Positions 57,379 to 64,000 of a stretch of DNA of 64,000 nt are shown piece after piece. The DNA comes from Candidatus Bathyarchaeota archaeon. Lineage in GTDB: Archaea; Thermoproteota; Bathyarchaeia; TCS64. The notes beneath the pieces are model-generated. The model worked only from the letters and a program-made list of their open reading frames with translations, was not told the origin of the DNA and made no database searches. The DNA lies in the NCBI GenBank assembly GCA_963769425.1, contig CAVYLP010000006.1:640001-704000 (forward strand), written 5' to 3'. Within the stretch, counting starts at the first letter, position 1. Every line of letters begins with the position of its first letter. Made by a program: the position numbers and the translations under genes.

Positions 57379-59217
57379 ATGTCACGTGAATTCAGCGATT
57401 TCTCGACGAAGACGGAGGAGGCTCGGAAGAGGACCATATCTGACTCCGACCTAATCAGGAGGCTCTACAGGTACGCCGAGGGATTCCGGAGGAACTTCTT
57501 AATCGGCATGGCGACGATCGTCCTGACCGCGGTCACATCGCTCACGATACCTTACCTACACCTAGTCGTAATAGACGATATCATCACCCCCAAGAACCTT
57601 GCCGGATTCATGTGGTGGATCCCCATCTTCCTCTTCGTCACGGTCGCCCACTACCTTGTGCAGTACACCCAGATCTTCCAGATGAGGGTAGTCGGGGAGA
57701 ACGTCGTCGCTAAGATGCGCGACCAGATGATCAGGAAGCTCCAGCAGATCTCCCTCAGGTACTTCTCTGAGGGGGAGCTGGGGAGGATCTTGTCAAGGCC
57801 GGTGAACGACGCTAACCTCGTTCGAATATTCGTCAGGCAGGGGCTCGCGCAGATCGTTCTCGACGTGTCATCGATAGTTGGCTCACTCGTTATAATTTTC
57901 TTCATCAACGCCAAGCTTGCGCTGATCGCTATATCTATTGTCCCGTTTGCCGTTATAGTCGCCTGGAGCCTCGGGAAGATATCGAGGAAGTACTATCGCA
58001 GGGTCCTCATGTACACCTCCGGCATGGTCGCCAAGATACAGGAGAACCTATCGGGTATCAAGGTCATCAAAGCGTTCACGCAGGAGGATAGGACGACCGA
58101 GGGCTTCCTGGAGGCTCAGGACAAGGTCTACCATACGCAGGTGCGGACGGTCGCTATCTCAAGCTCGTATCAGCCTATCCTGCTGATTATGAGGATCATC
58201 GGTACGATACTGATCCTCTACTTCGGCGCGGTGATGGCTATGTCTGGCGAGATTACGATAGGTATACTCGTCGCATTCACGGAGTACCAGTTCCAGTACT
58301 TCCAGCCATTACTGGACCTCATCACCCAGTGGGATCAGTACCAGTCCTCGATGTCCGCTATCGAGAGAATGTTTGACCTCATCGACACGACGGTTGAGAT
58401 ACAGGAACCGTCTGAGGCAACGGCGGTCAAGATCGAGCACATTGATGAGGTAAAGTTCGACGACGTTACCTTCGGTTACGACAGGAACATCCCGGTGCTC
58501 AAGAACATCGACTTCACTCTCTCGAAGGGGAAGAAGATGGCCTTCGTGGGTCCCACGGGGGCGGGAAAGAGCACGATCATAAACCTGATCTCAAAGTTCT
58601 ATATGCCCCTCAGTGGCGAGGTGCTCATCAACGGGCACGATATGAAGGACGTCACGACCGAGTCTCTACGCGCCCACATGAGTATAGTGTTGCAGGACTC
58701 GTTCCTCTTCCCGATGAGCGTCAGGGACAACATCCGCTTCGGTAAGCCGGAGGCGAGCGACGACGACGTCGTGTCAGCCGCGAAGTCCGTTGGGGCACAC
58801 GACTTCATCATGAAGCTGCCCGGCGGCTACGACTACATCCTGAAGGAGGGTTCGAGCAACATCTCCATCGGGCAGAGGCAGCTCATCAGCTTCGCTAGGA
58901 CCCTGCTGATGAACCCGGACCTCCTCATACTCGACGAGGCTACGTCGAGCATCGACCCGTATACTGAGTTGGTCATCCAGAACGCGTTGAAGGCCCTCCT
59001 CGAGAACCGCATGGCGATAATCATCGCCCACAGGCTGTCGACGATTAGGCTCTGTGATGAGATTCTTGTCATCGATCACGGGGTGGTCGTGGAACGTGGC
59101 TCGCACTTCGCCTTGATGTCGAGCGGCGGTTTGTACGCGTCGTTCTACAAGATGCAGTTCAAGGAGGAGAGTGGACTAATAGGAGCCTCGACGGAGGCTC
59201 ATATCAGTACAACTTAG
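57379..59217 (+). CDS. ABC exporter subunit (TMD+NBD), partner half of heterodimer
   Basis: GPTGAGKS, non-canonical signature ISIGQRQ, ILDEATS, AHR. TM287/288-like arrangement. Confidence 0.93.
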   Translation: MSREFSDFSTKTEEARKRTISDSDLIRRLYRYAEGFRRNFLIGMATIVLTAVTSLTIPYLHLVVIDDIITPKNLAGFMWWIPIFLFVTVAHYLVQYTQIFQMRVVGENVVAKMRDQMIRKLQQISLRYFSEGELGRILSRPVNDANLVRIFVRQGLAQIVLDVSSIVGSLVIIFFINAKLALIAISIVPFAVIVAWSLGKISRKYYRRVLMYTSGMVAKIQENLSGIKVIKAFTQEDRTTEGFLEAQDKVYHTQVRTVAISSSYQPILLIMRIIGTILILYFGAVMAMSGEITIGILVAFTEYQFQYFQPLLDLITQWDQYQSSMSAIERMFDLIDTTVEIQEPSEATAVKIEHIDEVKFDDVTFGYDRNIPVLKNIDFTLSKGKKMAFVGPTGAGKSTIINLISKFYMPLSGEVLINGHDMKDVTTESLRAHMSIVLQDSFLFPMSVRDNIRFGKPEASDDDVVSAAKSVGAHDFIMKLPGGYDYILKEGSSNISIGQRQLISFARTLLMNPDLLILDEATSSIDPYTELVIQNALKALLENRMAIIIAHRLSTIRLCDEILVIDHGVVVERGSHFALMSSGGLYASFYKMQFKEESGLIGASTEAHISTT

Positions 59218-59228
59218 CCCCTTTTTTC

Positions 59229-60065
59229 TTAGCGATACTGGAGTGAGAGGAGGCGCTCCTTCTCGTCGAATCCCTCTATCTCCGAGCCGTCCGCTCGTTT
59301 CTGCCCAATACGACGCGCCGCCTCAGCATAACCCTTCGAGAGCTTGTACTCGGGCGCCATCGTGAACCGGGTGGGGAGGTTGCTTGTCCCCCTCTGCTCA
59401 AGGCCGTGGGCTAGCTCCTCGATCTTGCTCTTCGGCGCGGTGAAGATCATCTCGTCGTCCTGGGCACCAGCGTATCCCCTGTCCCCCCTGCATGGTACCG
59501 ATACCTGGCACTCGTCCTTGAGGAGGCTCGGTACGACGGAGTAGACGCAGGCGGAGTGTCCCCCGAGGACGGTCGTGATGTCCCGCCCATCCCTGTAGGC
59601 GATACCGAGTAGTAGTTTGAGTAGTTGGGCGGAGTTACAGTAGATCACGGCGGCGTCGGGTTCGAATGTCGCGGTCTTCAACGGCGCTGAGACTACACCA
59701 ACGTATTCTCCTGTTTTGAGCCTCGGTACTTCTCGCGCCCAGTTTGCTCCGGCTTCTAGCGAGGCGACCCCGTCTGGGTATCGTGTCTCGCCCGCTAGGA
59801 AGTTGCTCGGGGGCTCGGCGAGGCCGAAGCCTATGACGGGTTCGGGGCACCACATGTCTTCGAATAGCTGGGCGACTGTTTTGCCGAATTTTCTGGAGAG
59901 GGAGAAGCACTGGCATGTTGACATGCAGGCTCCGTAGTCGCGCTTCGGCCTCTCGGCCTCCTCCGGTACCTCTTCGGGGTTCCTCAGCATCTTTATCGCG
60001 AGGGGGTAGCTGGCGGGGCGTATCTGCTCCTCTATGCGTTTACCGTATTCGTTGTAGGGATTCAA
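59229..60065 (-). CDS. DUF169 domain protein
   Basis: PLAIK, TCQ, CPEPVIG, APL..ATFEPD, SAC, VPCRGDR, DDEMIF. Confidence 0.88.
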   Translation of the reverse strand: MNPYNEYGKRIEEQIRPASYPLAIKMLRNPEEVPEEAERPKRDYGACMSTCQCFSLSRKFGKTVAQLFEDMWCPEPVIGFGLAEPPSNFLAGETRYPDGVASLEAGANWAREVPRLKTGEYVGVVSAPLKTATFEPDAAVIYCNSAQLLKLLLGIAYRDGRDITTVLGGHSACVYSVVPSLLKDECQVSVPCRGDRGYAGAQDDEMIFTAPKSKIEELAHGLEQRGTSNLPTRFTMAPEYKLSKGYAEAARRIGQKRADGSEIEGFDEKERLLSLQYR

Positions 60066-60116
60066 TTAGGACACTGGAGGGTGCTCTGGGTTCGTCCGGT
60101 AAAATCTTTGTCATGG

Positions 60117-61574
60117 TCAGCTGGGTGGGAGTATCCACCACTCCGACCCGGGGCGGTCAACCCACTCTGGCCACCGCAGCCCCACTGGTGGCTTGAGGCC
60201 GGCTGGCATCAGGGGCTTTTCCCAGTGCTCGGAGCGCCTTTTATCGAATTCGGCCTTAGCTGTTTTAAGCGCTTCAGGATTCTTTACGAGGTCGATCGCA
60301 CTAGCGGCTAGGACGGTCGCTGCGGTTTCACCCATTCGATGAGTTGCCCCCATACTGCAGAGGGCTGATTCGACCCATCGGGGGTATCTGAATCCCGGTA
60401 TCATCGCCTTGCTGACGTATAGGCGGGCCGTCGGGGAATGCCAAGTGAACTCGTTGACGTCGTCGGCGGGGTGGAAGGCCCCGTACGCCTTCTCAGGAGG
60501 AACTATGGTGACGTCGTATGGTTGCTCGGTCTCCTTCTGGCCGAGGTTTCTCTGGATCTCGCGGGCGAAGGCCTTGTCCTCCTCCGTGTACCTGTTGGGG
60601 CCGTGGGCCTTGAGGTTGGCCATGACGAGGTTCGTCATCGTCGTGTTGGGTAGGCCGGTCCTGACGGCGGTTATGATCCGGGGTTCGACCTTGCAGTCGG
60701 CTGCGATGGCGGCTCCTTTGGCGCAGCGCTCGATAACCTTCCTGATAGCGTCTTGGTCGGGGAGGTTTTCCGTCCTCCATGCGTAGACGAGTTGGCTGAA
60801 CTCGGGTGTGCTCACGGTGCACTGGCCGCCTGTCATGACGAATTCGTTGATGCTTCCGCCGCGGCGCATCAGGGCGGGCATGTGCTCCTTCATGGTGTTG
60901 ACGTTGTTGTACATGATGACGGCGGCGTCGAGTGCGCCGGGGTAGCTGACGTCCCCGCTCTGGCCACCGGAGGCGGACTCGACCTTGAACTCGAAGACCA
61001 TGCTCATGTAGGTGAGGGGCCAGACGTCTCCGAGGACGCTGGTTGGGCCGCCGGGGTGCCAAGCTAGGAGGGCGTCCATTCCTTCGAAGAGGCCGTCGCG
61101 GGCCATGAAGGGTTTGCCGACGCAGAGTTTCTCTGCGGGTGTCCCTAGTAGTCTTATCTTGACGGGTAGCTTGTGGCGCTCGGCTGTCTCCTTCAGGGCG
61201 ACGGCGGCGAAGCATGATGCGACGCCTAGCATGTTGTGGGCGTCGGTGAATCCGGCGCCGTAGGGTACTGCGGGTTCGTCCCATGGGACGGGTTTCTGGC
61301 TGTGTCCTGGCGTTGCGTCGTATTCGGAGAAGAAGCCTATGACTGGGCCCTTATCGCCCCACTCTGATTTGAAGGCCGTCGGCATGTCTGAGACTCCGGT
61401 CTCGACGTTGAAGCCGTTCTTCCTGAGGTATTCTACAAGGAGTTTCGACGACTTGTACTCGCGGAGCCCAGGTTCGGCGTATGAGAAGATCTTGTTACTC
61501 ATCTCGGCCATTTCGGCCGAGTTGTCATCGACCCACTTCTCGGCGGTGGCCTTTTCTCCACTCCAGATGCTCAA
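60117..61574 (-). CDS. M20 family amidohydrolase (AbgB-like)
   Basis: EPGLREYKSS, MPTAF, EYDA, HN.LG, GTPAEK, WHP, ALDA. Confidence 0.85.
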   Translation of the reverse strand: MSIWSGEKATAEKWVDDNSAEMAEMSNKIFSYAEPGLREYKSSKLLVEYLRKNGFNVETGVSDMPTAFKSEWGDKGPVIGFFSEYDATPGHSQKPVPWDEPAVPYGAGFTDAHNMLGVASCFAAVALKETAERHKLPVKIRLLGTPAEKLCVGKPFMARDGLFEGMDALLAWHPGGPTSVLGDVWPLTYMSMVFEFKVESASGGQSGDVSYPGALDAAVIMYNNVNTMKEHMPALMRRGGSINEFVMTGGQCTVSTPEFSQLVYAWRTENLPDQDAIRKVIERCAKGAAIAADCKVEPRIITAVRTGLPNTTMTNLVMANLKAHGPNRYTEEDKAFAREIQRNLGQKETEQPYDVTIVPPEKAYGAFHPADDVNEFTWHSPTARLYVSKAMIPGFRYPRWVESALCSMGATHRMGETAATVLAASAIDLVKNPEALKTAKAEFDKRRSEHWEKPLMPAGLKPPVGLRWPEWVDRPGSEWWILPPS

Positions 61575-61727
61575 TGTGATGCCCCGAACCGAATCGGGGT
61601 CTCGGCGATTAAAATCCTTGGATTAGGGATCGACTCTTGTAAGCGACGGATGGTCGAGGTTTAGCAGGTCTGTTTTACGGATTGTGATATATTCGAACTT
61701 GAAGTTCAGTGTCTTTTCTCCGGATAT

Positions 61728-63071
61728 TCAGCTCCTCAATCCTTTGGCTACTTTGGAGAGGTAGTGGCCGCTGTCTTTGATGGTTCTCTTCTGGGTTTCG
61801 TAGTCGACGTGTATCACGCCGAAGCGTTTGCTGTAACCGTAGGCCCATTCGAAGTTGTCTAGTGTGCTCCATGCGAAGTATCCGCGCAGGGGTACCCCCT
61901 CCTTCATCGCTCTGTGAGCCTGCAGGATGTGTTCTTTTAGGTATGAGACGCGTTTCTCGTCGTGGACTTTTCCGTCGGGTGTTATCGTGTCAGGGAATGC
62001 TGCGCCGTTCTCTGTGACGTATATTCGAGAGACTGGGTAGTTGGCGTGGGTCCACTTTAGTATCTTGTAGATTCCCTCGGGGTGGACTTCCCAACCCATA
62101 TCCGTGTACACCCCCGGGGGGTTCACCCTCTTCATGTTGACTGGGGGCATGTCGGAGCCGGCGGCGACGACGCTTCTCCTGTAGTTGTTTATCCCTAGGA
62201 AGTCGATTTGCTCTTGGATCTGCTCCATGTCGCCCGGAAGGACCTCAGGCGCATCGCAGCCGTATAGCTTCGTCATCTCGGGTGGGTATCCTTCGCGGTA
62301 GAGGGCGTCCATGTACCACTTGTTCTGGCATAGTTCCCACCTATGCGCTGCTGCGATGTCTTCCGGTTTTCCGCTGGCGGGTTCGACCATGTTGAGGTGT
62401 AGGACTATACCGATCTCGGCGTCGTTTGTGTTGTCTCTGAGGGTCCTTACGGCGGCTCCGTGGGCCAGGAGGGCGTTGTGGCTAGCCTTCAGGGCGGCTT
62501 CGTTGCTGAGTCTTAGGCCGGGGGCGTCCTCGCCGGTGACGTAGCCTTGCCAGGCCATTTCCCAGGGCTCGTTGAGGGTGGCCCAGTGCTTGACTCTGTT
62601 GCCTAGTTCCACGCTCACGGCGTCTACGTATTCCTCGAAGTCGTCTACGATTCCTCGCCTAAGCCATCCACCCTCGTCTTGGAGGACCTGTGGTAGGTCG
62701 AAGTGGTAGAGGGTGACGAATGGGGTGATCTTCGCGTCGAGCAGTGAGTCGACGAGGTTGCTGTAGAACTGGAGCCCCTTGTTGTTTATCTTCCCCCTAC
62801 CCCTCGGGAGGACCCTCGACCAGGAGATGCTGAACCTGTAGGCGTTGACGCCTAGCCGCTTCATGAGTTCGACGTCCTCTTCGTAGTGGTGGTAGTGGTC
62901 GCAGGCCTTGTCGCCGTTGGTCCCGTCCTCGATCTTTCCGGGTGTGTGGCTGTAGGTGTCCCAGATGCTTGGGCCTCTACCGTCCTCGGCGACGGCGCCT
63001 TCTATCTGGTATGAGGCGCTCGCTGTACCGAGTAGGAATCCACGCGGGAAGGATAGTTTGGGGGTCTCCAT
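61728..63071 (-). CDS. GH1 beta-glucosidase
   Basis: ASYQIEGA, YRFSISWSR, TLNEP (acid/base), VTENG (nucleophile), WSTLDNFEWA. Confidence 0.96.
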   Translation of the reverse strand: METPKLSFPRGFLLGTASASYQIEGAVAEDGRGPSIWDTYSHTPGKIEDGTNGDKACDHYHHYEEDVELMKRLGVNAYRFSISWSRVLPRGRGKINNKGLQFYSNLVDSLLDAKITPFVTLYHFDLPQVLQDEGGWLRRGIVDDFEEYVDAVSVELGNRVKHWATLNEPWEMAWQGYVTGEDAPGLRLSNEAALKASHNALLAHGAAVRTLRDNTNDAEIGIVLHLNMVEPASGKPEDIAAAHRWELCQNKWYMDALYREGYPPEMTKLYGCDAPEVLPGDMEQIQEQIDFLGINNYRRSVVAAGSDMPPVNMKRVNPPGVYTDMGWEVHPEGIYKILKWTHANYPVSRIYVTENGAAFPDTITPDGKVHDEKRVSYLKEHILQAHRAMKEGVPLRGYFAWSTLDNFEWAYGYSKRFGVIHVDYETQKRTIKDSGHYLSKVAKGLRS

Positions 63072-63176
63072 GGTTAGTTCTCGGATCGGCGCTTTATTGC
63101 AGTTGCCCTCGGGGAGGGGTGCTGATTAACCTCTCTGATTAATAAATTACCCGCGCTTTGATCTATTCGTGATTTT

Positions 63177-64000
63177 ATGGTAGAAGAGAAGCGCATTGAG
63201 GAGACCCTAGACCCTAAGGATTGGGACGAGCTGAAGGTCCTCGGCCACAAGATGGTGGACGACATGATCGACCACCTCGCCACGGTTAGGCAGAGGCCCC
63301 CTGCGATACTCGTGAACGAGCAGATAGCCTCGGCTTTCATGAAGCCGATTCCGTTGGAGCCCGAGGGGATCGATAAGGCCTACGCGGACTTCAAGAAGGA
63401 TGTCTTGGACACTCATGGGGGGCTCAACACTCACCCCCGATTCTGGGGATGGGTCGTTGGTACGGGTACCGCTCAGGGGGCGCTAGCAGAGATGCTGGCG
63501 ACGGGCATTAACTTCAATATGCCTGGCGGCCCGTTTGCCCCCGTCCTTATGGAGACTCAGGTCCTTGAGTGGTTCAAGGGGATCTTCGGCTTCCCCAAGG
63601 GGGCGAGTGGATTACTGGTGGGTGGTGGGTCCGAGGCTAACCTCCTAGGCTTGGCAGTTGCACGTAACACGAAGGCTGGTTTTGACGTCAGGAAGCTAGG
63701 TCAGGGAGGCGCGAAAAAGAGGATGGTCCTTTACGGCTCCACTGAGACTCATGTCTGCATCGATAAGGGTGTTCAGTTGCTTGGCCTCGGTGAGGAGAGC
63801 TTCAGGAGGATACCCGTGGATGACGATTACCGCGTCAGAGTGGATCTACTGGAAGAGCAGATTAGGAAGGATAGGGCAGAGGGGCTTCAGCCATTCTGCA
63901 TCATTGGTAATGCTGGGACGACTAATACTGGGTCATTCGACGACTTGGAGGCGCTGGCGGACATCTGTAAGAAGGAGGACCTTTGGTTCCATATTGACGG
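63177..64000 (+). CDS. Group II PLP-dependent amino-acid decarboxylase (3' end beyond window)
   Basis: Manual translation: ETLDPKDW...HPRFWGWV...GGSEANL...H.CIDK...AGTTNTGSFDDL...LWFHIDG. Confidence 0.9.
   Translation, partial: MVEEKRIEETLDPKDWDELKVLGHKMVDDMIDHLATVRQRPPAILVNEQIASAFMKPIPLEPEGIDKAYADFKKDVLDTHGGLNTHPRFWGWVVGTGTAQGALAEMLATGINFNMPGGPFAPVLMETQVLEWFKGIFGFPKGASGLLVGGGSEANLLGLAVARNTKAGFDVRKLGQGGAKKRMVLYGSTETHVCIDKGVQLLGLGEESFRRIPVDDDYRVRVDLLEEQIRKDRAEGLQPFCIIGNAGTTNTGSFDDLEALADICKKEDLWFHID

Noticed and set aside
55546-59217. Degenerate Walker B/switch in the first ABC subunit as a novelty
   Set aside because: This is the normal asymmetry of heterodimeric exporters of the TM287/288 type.

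Overview
Archaeal chromosomal window, most likely Bathyarchaeia (TACK lineage). This is inferred from the gene content: PolD DP1/DP2, Elf1, Sec61beta, Alba, GGGP synthase, Tyw1, multi-OB RPA, many peptidases and MFS transporters, a 2-oxoacid:ferredoxin oxidoreductase operon, and frequent TTG/GTG starts. It holds about 55 CDS and two intronless tRNAs (Gly-TCC, Pro-CGG). I saw no CRISPR array, rRNA or intact transposase. Several genes carry frameshifts, which are either long-read indel errors or real decay. The most striking unexplained structure lies between the two PolD genes. A 2-kb AT-shifted zone (about 43.2-45.3 kb) carries four perfect GTGATATCAC palindromes plus many half-sites, placed partly inside nadE and hypF coding sequence and around an uncharacterised HTH-like gene. 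It is followed by a membrane-anchored coiled-coil winged-helix protein and an oriC-like intergenic region with inward-facing G-strings, but there is no cdc6 in front of DP1. Together these suggest a candidate centromere-like/origin-tethering system (inference). Other notable signals are a chimeric scar consistent with deletion of a pstS...phoU operon, 20-bp-phased TATAT boxes at three promoters around an AbrB-PhoU regulator, a structured element with its own TATA box upstream of trpS, an octamer-repeat operator between RHH and wHTH genes, and a 21-bp-period repeat array near 1.4 kb. All product calls come from reading motifs by eye, with no database searches.
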